Below, in pieces: positions 1 to 14,656 of a stretch of 64,000 nucleotides of DNA (within the stretch, counting starts at the first letter, position 1; the number at the start of each line of letters is the position of its first letter). Below the pieces are notes generated by a model. The model was not told the origin of the DNA. It saw only the letters and a program-made list of their open reading frames with translations, and made no database searches. Both the position numbers and the translations under genes were made by a program. This DNA is from Adineta vaga (lineage: Eukaryota; Animalia; Rotifera), in contig CP075493.1 in assembly GCA_021613535.1 (NCBI GenBank), forward strand, positions 9,300,001 to 9,364,000, given 5' to 3'.

Positions 1-1543
1 TGAGAATGAGCAAAATTTGTTTGAACCAGAGAAACCAGTAGTTAATCTTGATGAAGATGATGATATCTTTGGAGTAAAAACACCCAGTAATAATCAAACA
101 TCAGTAGCAGCTGCTGCACCTTCACCAGTAACTGTTACAAAAACAGAATCATCACCACCAACGCCAATGAAACAAGAGAGTCCATTATTTTCAGTGGATA
201 CAAGTGTAAATTCACCACCACCACCTGTACGATCAGTACCCTCGTATGATAGTCAGATTTCATCATCGACACCCATATCAAAAAGTGTACTTAGTGGAAC
301 AGTTACAGCAACTCATACTGCTGCAAAACGCGGCAAAGATAATGATATTGAGATTACTGTTAGTGATCCAGCAAAAGTTGGAGATGTAAGTTTCATTTCT
401 AATCTTTTCATTGAACTTCTATTTACCATTTGATAGGGCATGTCATCCTATATGACTTATCGTATAACAACAAAAACAACATTACCAGTATTTAAAAAAT
501 CGGAATTTTCTGTTAATCGTCGTTTCAGTGATTTTCTTGGTTTACATACTAAACTTGTCAATAAACATATACAAGTAGGTATTTTTCTTCCATCGCCACC
601 TGAAAAAGATACTTTATCAATGGCAAAAGTGAAAATATCCAAAGAAGAAGCTGTTCCAACAGATTTTATCGATCGTCGACGTGCTTTATTAGAACGTTAT
701 TTAAATCGTTTAGTTCAACATCCAAAATTACTTGAAGATACTGATGTGCAAACATTTCTTGAATATTCAAATGATTTACCTAAATCAACAAGTACTCAAG
801 CATTGAGTGGTGCTGGTGTTCTTCGTGCATTATCAAATATTTCCAATCAAGTAACAAAATTAACAACAAAAACTAGTGAACAAGATCAATGGTTCGAAGA
901 AAGACATGGTTTTATACTTGATTTACATACACATTTAAAAAATTTATATAATCAATTCAATCATTTATTTTCTCAACGAAAAGAAGCTGGTCATGCATTG
1001 AAACATTTTTCTGCATCATTAAATCATTTAGCAACAACAGAAGAATATACATTATTATCCAGTGCTTTAATTGAATTAGCTAATCTCGAAGAGAAAATTG
1101 ATCAAATCAATAACGAACAAACATTCCAAGAATATTCGGTACTAACTGAATTAATTAAAGAATATGTTTCATTATTAGATATGGTTCAATTAGCATTTCA
1201 TGAACGTATTAAATCCCATCAGCAATGGTTACATGCTGAAGATATGTTAAAGAAAAAACGTGAAACGAAAACTAAATTAGAACAAAATCCTAAAAGTGCC
1301 GATAAACTTCCACAAGCTGAAATGGAAATCAATGAATGGGACGGTAAAGTTGTTCGTGGTAAAGAAGATTTTGAAAAAATATCATCAACAATCAAACAAG
1401 AAATGGAAGTATTCGAAGAGATTCGTTTAGATGATTTTAAGAAAGCATTCGATCAATATTTAAGAAATATTTTAGAACAACAAGAGAAAATCTTACAAAT
1501 CTGGGAAAGTTATCTACCTGAAGCAAATAAAATAAATATTTAA
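1..1543 (+). CDS. SNX1: Sorting nexin 1/2 (PX-BAR), 5' truncated by the window edge; intron 386-436
   Basis: ITVSDPAKVGD|GMSSYMTYRITTKT...RRFSDFLGLH PX domain followed by a BAR domain ending WESYLPEA; 51-bp GT-AG intron joins the two ORFs in frame. Confidence 0.93.
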
Positions 1544-2057
1544 TTGCATTTTCTTAACATTCTATTAATTGTGATTGATTCTTTCGGTCTTTATTTTGCT
1601 TTTCTTTTTAACGTGCAATCTTTTTTCTTCCTTTTTTTTATACAATAATATTGCCGAGTCATATGCTACAGTGATTTTGTGAACGAAATGATTTTTTTAA
1701 TTTTATTTGTTTTTCTTTTGATACCAAAACAAAACATTTATTCTTGTTGATTCATTCCTTTTTTTTAATATGTTATTTAATAATAAACAAACGTGATGAT
1801 TTTTTTCTCTCTCTGTAGATAGATTACTTTATTGATTGATATAAGTTTTAAAGAGAGATTGAGTTTTACTTCAATGATTTTAGATTGAATTATGTTCTAA
1901 ATAGTTTTTTTTTCTTATTTATGTATAAAGTCTTGATACAAAATGACAAATACAGTTAATCACTAACGAGCTAAAATCTTGTTGTTCTAAGCCATACAAA
2001 GGTAAGGAAAACAATGAAAGAGAATTGAAGATTAATAAATGATATTGTTTAGACAAC

Positions 2058-4359
2058 ATGAATCAATTAGTTGAACAGAATCTATCAAATTTAGTTCAAG
2101 AATTGACTACATCTGGTTTAAAAACGTTAAATGAAGCAAAAATAAAACAATTAAAACATATTTGCAAGTAAGTTATCGATGTCGTCTGTTGTATAGTTTC
2201 TACAGTGCGTTTATATTATCGTATTTAGTGGATTATCATAGAAGAAGAGATGCAATCACCTTTCTTAACCCATATATTTATGAGGAAAACTTTTCTTCTA
2301 GACAGACGATGTCAATGTTGAATATTGTTATCGTTTATTACATGCTCAATTGAACAAAAATCACTCGGAAATCCGTTATTCAACATTTCAAATTATTGAT
2401 CAACTTTTTAATCGTTCTCATCATTTTCGAACACTTTTACTTGATGATTTTAATTATCTCATCGATAATTGTCTCGGTAATCTAATCTATCAACGTCTTT
2501 TTCATTCCTTGTTTGTATGAATCTTTTTGTTTAGGACTCAATGTTGATAATCAATTACCTCCACCGAATTTTACGGCGAAATTATTAAGACAATTTGCAG
2601 CTACATCTATTAAGAAATGGCATGAAAAATTCGGTTCAACTTATAAACTTCTTGATGTTGGATATAATTATTTGAAAAATTGTAAATTGATTAATTTTGA
2701 TAATGTCGACGAACCTATTGGTATTACTGCTGAATTAGAACGCGAACGAAATGAAGCTAATCAAATTCGTTTACGTCAAAAACTTCAAAATGCTTCACGC
2801 GAATTAACAGGTTTGTTTTATCGAAACAATAACCTCTCGTTTCATGATAGATATGTTCTAGAAACATCAAGTGAAATTCATTCATGCATTAAACAAGCAG
2901 AAAACTGTCTGAATTTACTTGTTTCGAACAATGATAAATCATCCATTTCAAGTACATTTGTTGATCCAGTAGAAGATATTCCAGACAACGTCAATAACGA
3001 CGACAATGATGATGATGATGACGACGACGACGACGACGACGACGATTTCATAGATGTTCCACTTGAACCAAGCAAAAAAAATGATCAAGAACTCCTTCAA
3101 GTACTTGGATTAGGAACTGCTGGAAAATTGACTATATCTATTGATATTACTCAACGACCAACATCGTCTATATTCAGTATTCCAATGACAGACGATAATC
3201 GTGCTCTAATTGAAAATCTTCATGATTTATATCGACAATTAGATGATGTTTATCTATCGAAAATTCAGACGTGGATGAATATTTTTATTCAAGTTCAACA
3301 AAATTCGAATGAACAACAAACTACAACAGTTATAAAACGAACAATTGATTTGAAAAATTCCATTCGATCTTGTTTAAAAATGATTGAAAACTATCATTTA
3401 GCTCCAAAACGACCTGTTGTAACGCAGAAACCAGGTTTAGTGAAAATTGTAATCTTTATATGAAATAAATTGTTTGAACATATTTTAGTGATAAAAAAGA
3501 TCGCGAAAACTGTTACTCAGGATTCACCGAAAGAACCGGTAAGTGAGAAAGAGAGTAGATTATATCTATAGTAGGAACTTGTTTTGATGTATAGGTGCCA
3601 ATACCAACCATAACCGAAGATGAAATCAAATATTTCTTTCATGATGATTCCGAAGCTATCAAACGTAGTTTTAAACAAGTTGATGTTCAAAATGCATTTG
3701 TACGTCCCTCGGAAAGTAATGATATGCCTGAGGTAAATATCAGATTTATTCAAATTCTCTTATTGATCAATCATGTGTTTTCATTTAGAATTTAAATTAT
3801 TCTCTATTAATGCATAAACGCACATTTGTCAACGAATTACCTGCAATCAAATGGAAATGTCGTGCATCTTTAGGTAATAATAAATTATGTGAACGTATGG
3901 ATCGGTATAAATGTCCATTTCATGGACGTATCATCGCTCGTAATGAACAAGGTCAAGCTGCCGATGAGAAGATTCGATTACAGGAAGAAGAACAACAACG
4001 AGCGAAAAAACGTTCAATACCTGAATGGCAAGATCCTGGTATGTTAGAAGATATTCGTTTAGCAACTGGTATTGATTTACGAATGGAAACTGGAAGTAAG
4101 AAGAAGAAAAAGAAAACGAAAGAATCAGGTTTAACTGAACTTGACAAAGAAGAAAATACTGTTCGAAAACGTCTAGAAAGGAAACTATTAAATCCGTATG
4201 TTTATATATATATATCGTGTTCTCTATTTTACTCATCGAATTTCTTTGGTGAATTTTAGATCATCATTGAAACGAATTGGTGCTGCATTAGATGCTGATG
4301 AACGACGTCGTAATGAGGAAAAATTTCATCATCAATTTAACTACTCATTGAATAATTAA
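2058..4359 (+). CDS. UVSSA: UV-stimulated scaffold protein A (transcription-coupled repair), multi-exon
   Basis: N-terminal VHS-like LVQELTTSG...HSEIRYSTFQIIDQLFNRSHHFRTLL; C-terminal zinc finger CRASLGNNKLCERMDRYKCPFHG; ends KFHHQFNYSLNN*. Confidence 0.92.
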
Positions 4360-4424
4360 AAGAGAACAAAACCGATATATATTTCTGTCTCATTTGCTTT
4401 GTAAATAATAAAACAAAAAGTAAT

Positions 4425-5345
4425 TCAGAGAGGTCCGAGTACATATACATCGTTGTACCATCCATTATCATGCCAACCACCAAATAACCACATTTGTCCA
4501 TTGTATAAAACTGCACTATGTCCTTCACGTGGTGCAGGTAGATTAGATTTGAGTTTCAATTGTTTCCACTGATTTGTTCGAAGATTAAGAACAAACAATT
4601 CATTACTTCTCTGAATACCAACATAACCGCCGAACATATACAAATTTTCATTCGATAAAACACATGTATGTCGACCACGTTTTGCTGGAATAACGCGTGA
4701 ATCATCACTATATTTCTCTTCAGTCCATTCTGATGTTCGAAAATCAAATGAATGACAATCATTAAATTTTCCACAACCTAAACCGCAAACGACATATAAA
4801 CGATCATTATAAATATGTGCACCACCATAAGAACTTCGACGTGGTGGTGGATTACGTTGATTCATCATTGTCCATTGGTTTGTTTTGAATGAGAATCGAT
4901 ACATATCATTGAATTTATTATCACCAATTCCACCGAATAGATACATGAAATTTTGATAAACAACTGCTGAATGTGCACTACGAGCACTAGGTGGATTCAC
5001 ACAAGGAACTTGTTCCCATTCGTTTTGATCGAATCGATATCGATACATGTCATTTAATTTACCTGATGAATCCCAACCACCAAAAATATACATCATATTT
5101 TGATAGATACAAGCACTATGTTTACATCGTTTCGAAGGTACTTTCGATTCGTCTAAAGGTTTGATTTCTGTCCATGTACGTGATTGAAAATCGAATTTAA
5201 ATAAATCATTAAAACGGAATTCACCTAAACCACCAAAGATATACATCGAATCATGATAAACAACTGCACTATGTCCACTACGTCCTTGTGGTGGAGTGTT
5301 TGTTGTTTCAATTCGAGACCAATCGAATGATTCGTTACTTGCCAT
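4425..5345 (-). CDS. Intronless six-bladed kelch-repeat protein (KLHDC/LZTR1-type repeats, no BTB)
   Basis: Six repeats of P.xR..Hs..v....mY.FGG across 306 aa. Confidence 0.88.
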   Translation of the reverse strand: MASNESFDWSRIETTNTPPQGRSGHSAVVYHDSMYIFGGLGEFRFNDLFKFDFQSRTWTEIKPLDESKVPSKRCKHSACIYQNMMYIFGGWDSSGKLNDMYRYRFDQNEWEQVPCVNPPSARSAHSAVVYQNFMYLFGGIGDNKFNDMYRFSFKTNQWTMMNQRNPPPRRSSYGGAHIYNDRLYVVCGLGCGKFNDCHSFDFRTSEWTEEKYSDDSRVIPAKRGRHTCVLSNENLYMFGGYVGIQRSNELFVLNLRTNQWKQLKLKSNLPAPREGHSAVLYNGQMWLFGGWHDNGWYNDVYVLGPL

Positions 5346-5568
5346 ATTAGTTTACTTATGAAAAAGTTTCGTTATACTGATGAACATTTTTTATAGTTAA
5401 AAAAGAGAAAAAAACACATGATACGTTGCCAAATAATGACGACATGGTTGTGAAAGAACAAGAATGAAAATAGTTTGATTTGTTATGTCAGATTTACTCA
5501 TGCAAATTTCATCTTTCCTTTCAGAACATAACAATATTGATCATAAAAATACTTTTTATTCGCAAAAA

Positions 5569-7759
5569 CTAATCTAAATTATAATCATTATCAAGGGATT
5601 TGCTACGTGTATATTGAAATGAATTATGATTGTCATTGGTAATTAATGACTAAAAATAAAAGCATAGAATAGATTTTTCGAAAAAAAAGCCTTTTTTTTG
5701 TTACCATTCGTTCTGTTCGAACTGGTGGATTTCGTAGTAGAATCAACAATGGTGCATAACACAAACAAAGGAATGATATCATATAAAGCATTGCAGGAAA
5801 ACCGAAAGCACGAACAATAAATCCACTTAGAGCTGGACCTATTCCAATCAATTGAATAAATTCAATCGAATGATGAAAACAAATTTTCTTTCTTACCAAT
5901 TGTATAACCAAGACAAAATGCAACATCAGCAATCGCATAAACACTTCCATAAACCGATGCATGACGTATATCAACAAGATAACCCATTGTAGGCATCATT
6001 GTTGAATCAACCATCCCAACAGCAAATCCGAGTAAACCATTTGGAATAATTAAACCATAGATACTTGTTGCCATAGGTACGCCGATTAAAGCAATAGAAA
6101 TAAGAATTAAACCAATCATACAACAAAGCCATCTGAAATTTTAAGAGAAATGTTTTCGAAGAATGGAAGAAAAAGAGAATTTGCAAGAATTACCGGCCGA
6201 TCTTATGAGCCATTGGACCGAAAAGATTTGTACCGATTAAATAAGAGATTGATGCCGGCAAGAAAGCAGCTCCTAGAGTTATTTTCTTCTTTTAAAAAAA
6301 GTTACTATAATTAGACTAATTTACCTTGTTGAAATTCCGATGCCTGCATTGTTGACATCATCCATATGGGTAATGAAGGTTCCATCATGGCAATACCAAT
6401 ATTTCCAAATGAAATGGCACCTAAAATACATTTATCCATAATGATGTTTTTGTTTGTAAGAATTGCTTTTGTAATCTTTTACCGGCAACAAGAAGTATAT
6501 ACGGATCTTTAATCAGTGTTTTCAATGAAGGACCCTCAATGGGTTCGACAGTGACGCCCGGTTTTAATACCGTTAATTGCAATACTATTTATAGAAGAAC
6601 TCGATGAAATCTATGGAGAAAATTTAAAAAATACAATCTTACTTCCATCGAATAAACCTAATGTAGCGAGGACTAAAAATGGCGACGCTTTACTAACATA
6701 TTCATACATAAATCCTCCAAATGGTGGTCCAACTAGAAACAAAAACAAGCAATCTCTTATTATCATCATATACATAACAACATCGCTTACTCAAGACACC
6801 AAGTGCTAATCCACCTAAAGCAGTACCCATTGCTTTTCCTCGTTCAACATCATCTGGATATCGATCAGCCAACATGCCAAGACCTAATATGAATCCATAG
6901 TAATAGATTAAACAAGTTTTATAAATATACCTGATACACTTGAGCAAGCTGATCCAATTCCTTGAATAGCTCGAGCAATGAATAAAAGTGTATAACTTCC
7001 ACTTGAAGCAAAGACTATCGAAAACAAAACATAACTAATAAATTCATTTTTATGATTTAATAATATCTACTTAGCGTGGATACAATCATAATAACAAATC
7101 CGGAAAACATCGGTACACTATAACCAATTCTAGAATGAGAAGAAAAAAAACCCGGAAAACTTCAATGAAAATTCTTGTATAACTCTCACCGATTTGTTAA
7201 TGGTCCAACAAATGGATTTGTTAATAATTGAACAAAAGCTTTTGATGCAAACATAATCCCAACCCATTCATTTTCCTTGAGAAAAAACATAATATCGTTG
7301 ATATTTTTCTTTTAAAATTGTTAAATTTACTTTTTCTAAAATCATTATTCGTCGTTTATTTTCTGTATCTGTTTTATTAATTGCCCAATCAACTGTCCAA
7401 TTACAATATCGTCGAAGTATAATTCGAAAATCAACCGGATGGCGAGCGAAATAATCTCGACGTTTCATTAATTCATTATTTGTACAATTTTTCGCTAAGA
7501 ATTTATATGTATCATCTTGACTTCTAACAGTCGACTGATGAAGACGATATAGATAATCAGGTACAATGGGAACTAAAATGTCAAGACACGAATAACAATA
7601 TGAAATAAAAACTGAATTTCAGATAAAAGACTCACCCACAGTTGTCAAAAGCATATTGTCAAGAAATAAGGCGATGAATACAATTAATAAAATTAATGAA
7701 CGTGATGAACGCCATTGTAGCCAAAAGTCTCTCGCTGTTTGAAATTTTTCGTAAAACAT
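5569..7759 (-). CDS. VMAT: Vesicular monoamine transporter (SLC18A1/2), multi-exon
   Basis: [28 protein letters not shown]; [18 protein letters not shown]; [20 protein letters not shown]. Confidence 0.92.
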
Positions 7760-8647
7760 GTTTCTCTTCTATCTAACTAAATTCAAGAAAAACTAAGTCA
7801 GTAAAAATACAAACTAATCTGATTGATTTCTCTCGTCATTAAGAGAAAAGGATTACGCTATTTGAAAAAAAAAGAAAGGAACAAAAGATTTTTAAGTGTG
7901 CACATCCGACATATACAAATAAAATAAAAAAAGAAATATCTATCAATGAAGATATGATCGATGTCTGTATATATATATATATATATATATGAATATTTTT
8001 TCATTATAATTTCAACTCATATTTTGGAAAGGTGAAAACAATGGAATACAAACGATTTTTAACCACAAGTTAATAGTTACTTTTCTTTTCTCGATGATAA
8101 TATAGTCTCGGTAGTAATCGTACTAGACAAAAATGTCAATGGAAAGTAGAGATTTTTGATAATAGAAAACAGACGAAGAAAGAGAAAAATAATCATCCAA
8201 ACTTTTCTCTCCGTAATCGAACGGTGAGTTCAAAAAAATGTTTCACACATATAAAAAGAAACCGTAGTAGAAAGAAAAGCATATCTATTGAACATTATTA
8301 TCATAGAGAGAAAAATGTTTGAATCAGTAATTTCTTTTCATCGAAGAAAATCAATGTTTCGACGAAGAGAGAGAGAGAGAAAGAAAAAGACCAGAGATAT
8401 AAATGATCGAAATTAGCAAATCACGGCATGTCGAGAAATTTGATCACTAATATGTCAATCGTATCGTTGATCCGTCAAACAATAACGTTTCTATAAGATT
8501 TTCTTCAATTAGCATATAAAGAAAAGATTAGTCATTTACAAATCTGACATTGATGATGAAGATGTCATGCAAGAGACATAAGGCAAAATCATTTCTTGTC
8601 TTTCATTAAATATAATTGAAAAAAAAACGACATTCATATACAATTTC

Positions 8648-9837
8648 TTAGAAACAAAATAAAGAAAAACTACCAATGATTGTTAAAATATGAACAAGAA
8701 TATTTGCACTACCACAAATCAATGTAATGATCAATAATGGAAGTAAATTATTTTCATTCCCTTTCGATAATAGAACATATTCCAATTTTGTCTAAATAGA
8801 AATATCAAATTATCTTCTCACAAATCAAGTTCACTTACCCAATAAGTTATATATGCTATATAACCAATATGTATCATTGACAATAGATAAAAACTTATCC
8901 AAAATATCCAATGATAAAACTTCTTTTTAGCCTATGGAAAAAGGAGAAATATCATTCTTTTGATCAAATATACTGACAAGAATCTACTATTCATTTACCA
9001 GAATTTTTCCTACAATTAGCCATAAACTAATCAATGATAGTGCAATTGATAGTACAACTATTTGTTGTCGATTAAAATCTGCTTTACTACGAATATTTAA
9101 CGTTAGTAAAGAAATCTATAGAAATAACATAGAAATATTCTTTTTTCGAATATTTTCAATGCACATACAATTAATATTGTATCCAGATTTAGAAACCAAG
9201 AAAATGTTATTGCTCGAGAGAAAATCGTTTCTTTTTGAAACTTAATTTGATATGAATAAACCATAATATTCGCCCAAGGAACTAATAAAATTAATAAAAT
9301 CAATACAAAACCTGATCGAAGCTAAGAACAAAAACAGATAAATTTCATGAAATGTTTCGAAAAAGAAAGAAAAAAAAATCAGATCATGACTTACAGTAAT
9401 AATTGTAAAATCTTTTTCATTAAATAAAAATCGTATATAAAAATGTATACCAATATAAGCAGATAGGAGTAAAATTGTTATTGTTGTTAAAAGCGCATCG
9501 GTAAGACCTAAAGGAATACTTTCTTCATTTTGATTTTTTTCTATCAAACTTACGACAAAATAATGCAGTAGAAATCAAAGAAAAAATAACACAACCTAAG
9601 AACAAACAAAATGTATAATAGAATTGATTTCATTGAAATTCAACCTGACTGAACGAGAAGTAAAAGACAAAAAGCAAAATCATGATTTTCTCGTTTTAAA
9701 TTTTGAATTTCTCCAATAGTCAGAAGAATAATTGGAATCATTGTTAACACACCGACGAATGCATAAAACCAACGTTGAAAAAGAAATTTTCTTAACATGA
9801 AATTTTTCTCTTCATCAACAAACAACTTGTAACTCAT
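8648..9837 (-). CDS. Uncharacterised multi-pass membrane protein, multi-exon; 3' end uncertain
   Basis: Hydrophobic exons separated by ~55-bp GT-AG introns (MSYKLFVDEEKNFMLRKF...; ...LLPLLIITLICGSANILVHILTII). Confidence 0.55.
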
Positions 9838-10128
9838 ATTCAATACAAATGAATAGAAGATCTAATACACAAATGTTCGCATTCTTTATACGAAATACGT
9901 GTCAACAGAAAAGAATTTCAATGACATACAAATGACGATTTTCTCACGTGTTTGATTAATGAACAATTAAATACGGTGTTTCTCAAGGATACTATGATCA
10001 ATTCGTATTCTTTAACGAAAAAATAACTAAACGATGTTTCATCTTGATAGGTTTTTCTTTATTTCAATCATGAAAGAAAATAGTAAGCATAATAAAAGCT
10101 ATGTGGATCATCACACGATGACAAAGTC

Positions 10129-13100
10129 TTACAATTTCGATCGATATTCATTGAAATGATCTTTTGATGTTTGTACAGCGACATGTTGAGCTGCTACTTC
10201 TTCTTCATCGTCATCATCGATGTATTTGATTGCATCATGTGTATGATCTTCCTCATCTTCTTCTTCTTCAGCGATTTTCGATAGACCAATATGTGCTGTA
10301 GCTATTGATCGAACAGTTTCAATTGGATTAATATCTGATTCTTCTTGAGTTAAAATCGGTGCTGAATTTGAATTTGTGAAGGATAAAAAAGATAGTGTTG
10401 GTTGAGAAAGATTTGGCAACGATACTGTTGTTAAAGTCGATGCATTCGATTCAACTCCACTATCTGTTCTTGAATGAAAACTTCTTTTAAATAAATAAAA
10501 ATTATCTTTCATTAAAGAATTTGGATCATTTGATAAAGTTGTTAAGAGTTCTCCAACGATGACAACACCTTCATTTAATAAATTACTATTCTTATATAAA
10601 TCATCTCGTGTTGATTCCAAACGATTCAATAATTCAAAACGTAACATTTGAATATCTTGTTTAAGTTCTTCGAAATCACCTTCACGAATTTCTTCTTGTT
10701 CTTCACGTTGTTTATGTAAAAGAAATCGTTTTATAACACGATCCATGACTTTACGATAAGTTAATACTTGATTAATATCAAATGAACCTTGACGTGGACG
10801 TTGATTATTTAAATTCGTATTTGTTAATTGTCCATTTGAAACTGTTTGAATATTATTATCATTTAATTGTCCTTTACGATGACCATGTGGAGTACCTTGA
10901 CGCATGGTAGATGGCATTCTAGGTTCTGGTATTTGTTCCTTATCGGAATCTATTAATTTTGTTAAACACGAATAACAACGATGAAATAAACGAAAAACAC
11001 TTTTTGGAGTTGGTATAATATTAAATGGAACCGGTAATGTTCCTCCTAAAAGAAACGTAACCACATTAATTAGATTATATTTCTATAAATCATAAACCGA
11101 AAACAATGCAAAGTGAGTCAAATTTTACCTTCTTTAATATATTCCATATATAATTTACTTCGTGCAAATTTCCATTCAACATCTGCATGTTCTTCAATCG
11201 TTTCATAAGATTTTGACATCATAGCAATAAGCATATTTAATAAGACAATAACACTTGCAATATTGAATGCTCCATAAATCATATATCCAACTGTTTCAGT
11301 AAAATCATTGTTATAATCTCCTAACTGTACACCTTCTTTTTCAGCCAAACCAAATAAAGACCAAAAAACAGTTTTAAATGTCGCTGACATTCTAAATCAA
11401 AAAACTAATAAACACCCACATATTCATTGAAGAAAAGATTTACATACGTTCCGAAAAATTTTTCCGCGTCGATATCTCCTGTATGACTATGAATTTCAAC
11501 TTTATCTCGTACTCGATCATTGTAATACCAAAATAGATTATTCAAACCAAACATAAAACCAGAAAAGATAATTAAAAATATAATAATAAATTTTCCGATA
11601 TCCTTCATAGAAAAATCAATAGAATATATTCGGATATTTTTAATCGACAATACATACAGACATCATTCGACCTAATGAAATTTGTAATGGTCCTAAATGT
11701 TGAAATGCTGGTAAAAGAAAACAAATACGAGAGAAACTAAGAATATTAGCAATGGCAAAAAGTCCTTCAGCAACATTGATAGGATCTAATGAAACCCAAT
11801 AAAATCGATCTAGAAAACTCATTTTTATTTTATTTTAATAAAACAATTTGAATATTACCTGCATTTAACCAATAAAATGTCTCATAAATACTTTCTTGAT
11901 CGGTAACATTCAAAGAACATATTTTTCCAACATTATGTTCAAATCCGTTTTGATTTAAAGCTTTATTAGCTTGTATAACCTAAAATAAATTATATTCATA
12001 GATGAATCTCTCTATTTTGTGATCAGACACATTCAAATTCTGATGTGAATCTTACTTTAATATTCACATAGTATTTCAATGTAAATGAAGATATGTACAA
12101 AACAGTTGTACATGAATCAACGATATTATTCCAAGAGAGAAGATAATCTTGAAGACCATCATTATATGCTTGTTTTATTTCACGCCATAGAAAACCTAAA
12201 TAAATATTGATATATATATATATGTTTTATAAGATTATATTTACCAATCACAAAAACTGAAATAGTTATATCGATCCATGTTGGTGTATCAGCACGAAAT
12301 ATGAGATCATCAACTGGATAAACTTGACAGTTCGTTAAGTTTTCTATTTTTTTTTGATTTATCGAACTATTTAATCCGTAAGAAATATTAGGAGCACTAG
12401 TTGACAATTCTAATGAATTAGAAAATTGATCAGCAAATAAAAAACTTGATACAACAATCAATACAATAAATAGAGCATATGTAATAGTTTGACTAAGAAA
12501 TTTTATATAAGGCTGGCGAAGAAATCTTTGTAACTATTTATAAGAAACAGAAAACCTATATATATATATATATTATCAGTAATGATTATTGTCTTACTTT
12601 AACTGTAGAAGTTGACCATGAAGTTAAAATATAGAGTATACAAGCAAATGGTAATATAAAGATATATGAAATAAGGAGTAAGAGAATAAGAAGTGGATTC
12701 AATTTAAATAAATTACGTAATTGACTATGCCAGATTTCGACTAGTTTTTGTTGACAATTGGAATGAGCAACAAACTGAAAGAAGATATAAAAATGAATTC
12801 TTCTTCTATTATTTTGTATTATAAACATTTTCTTTTCTGAAATTAATCTGTCTCTACTTACTGGCTTTTCTTTATATTTTATTGCTAAATAAAGTCGAGC
12901 TAATAAAACATATTTTTCTTCTGATTCTTTGCCAGTCTTTCCAAGAACACAATCAAGTTCTTTATGTCCACGAACCTTATCGAGTAATTTCACTGCATAT
13001 GCACTCAATTGATCAGCTAGAATCATATATTCATTCTAAAACAAAGTGAGATTATTATCAGATATCTTCTATTTCTTACTTTAAAATATTTTTCTTTTCC

Positions 13101-14043
13101 CGACAGATCTCTTAATTCTCGGCCAAGTTCAAATGCTGTTAAAATCGGATCAATTGATGCTAAACTAATGTAACTTTCACTTGCTAAACCACGATATGCA
13201 TTCAAACGTGATTGTGCATGACGTAATGAATCAAATTTAAATCGATTTCGACATTCTTTACATTTACAATGATAATCATGTGGTTTTGTTATACGATCAC
13301 CTTGACTTAAAAGTAATTGGACTAAAAAAAGAAATTTAATAAAGATTAAAATCAATTTCTTAATTATACCGATTTCTGTTCGATTGTATTGAGCTGCTAA
13401 TATCAATGGTGTTATATCAGGTGCAAATTGTGTATCATCAGATGATGGTGTTTGCCAAAATGATTCTTCCGTATCTGTCAGAGCTCGACGATCGTTTAAA
13501 ATTTTAAATTTTGGATGACGTAAACATGCTTCAGCAATTTGTACATGACCAAGATAAATAGCTAATAGAATAGCTTCACGTATTCTTTGTCCATCACAAT
13601 GAGCTAAGAGTAGATTAACAACCTATGAAAATACAAATCATCAATCTGTTCGTTCGTTTTCTCAAGAAAAATATTACTTCCAGATGTTCATTTTCAATAG
13701 CTAGATGTATTGCTGTACGACCTAATTGATTTGTAACATCGATATTGAATTTATTATTTTCTTCTAAAATTCGATGGACTGTCGCATAATCTCCATTTTC
13801 ACATGCACGAACAAATTGATCATTTAAATTCAATTCCTAAAATGAAATAAGATAGAAACACAAAAGGGTTTTCTTAATAAATTTCATTTCTATTACAGAA
13901 ATTTTCGGTGTATTACTATACATCCGTTTGTATAAATCCGTTCGTGGAGTAAGATCAGTACGTCCACGCATATTTCCTCTAGTTCGATCACTATACCGTC
14001 TGGCTTGAAGACCTCCAGGTGTTTGATGAATATTTGCTGCCAT
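10129..14043 (-). CDS. TRPC: Canonical TRP cation channel (TRPC/TRP-gamma-like), multi-exon
   Basis: Ankyrin repeats; DITPLILAAQYN; KPHDYHCKCKEC TRP_2 domain; pore TVFWSLFG; VLLNMLIAMM; TRP box EWKFAR. Confidence 0.95.
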
Positions 14044-14656
14044 GTTAATCTCTTCTGTTTCATTCACTATTTCTAAGTAGAAAAATCTTATAAAATTATT
14101 TATTCTTTTAGAAGTGATATATTAGATTTGTAGAAAGAAAAATTGTGATACGTTCAAACTAGAGAAGACAATAAGCAGATGTTTATCAATGTTGGCATAC
14201 ACATATATTAATGCACAATCATCATATGAATGTTAAGAAGAAGAGAACGAGAGGAATTATGTTGTTTTTTCCCTTATTTTCTAGAAATAATAAAAGAAAA
14301 AATGACTAAGTTTTTCTCATCTGTATATATGTGAATTTCATTGATAATCAACTGAATAGAGAAGTTAATCTATCAAAACTTCTTCATTTTTTTTCTTCTT
14401 CTTTTGAAGACAAAAAAATCTAATAAATTTATTGTGCACATAATATTTTCCTGTTTGTGAAAAGATTTATTAATAAATATTTGTTCTGTATAAAACTCAC
14501 GTTTATCAGATGGAAATCAGGTGTGTTAATATTATGATATTCAGATAGTCTTTTGTCAATATTATCTTTATGCTTTTTACGAATGTTCTGGATTTGATTC
14601 ATTTATCGAATTTCTATTTTATAGTTTGTTTTATTGAAGAAATAATTTATACAATA

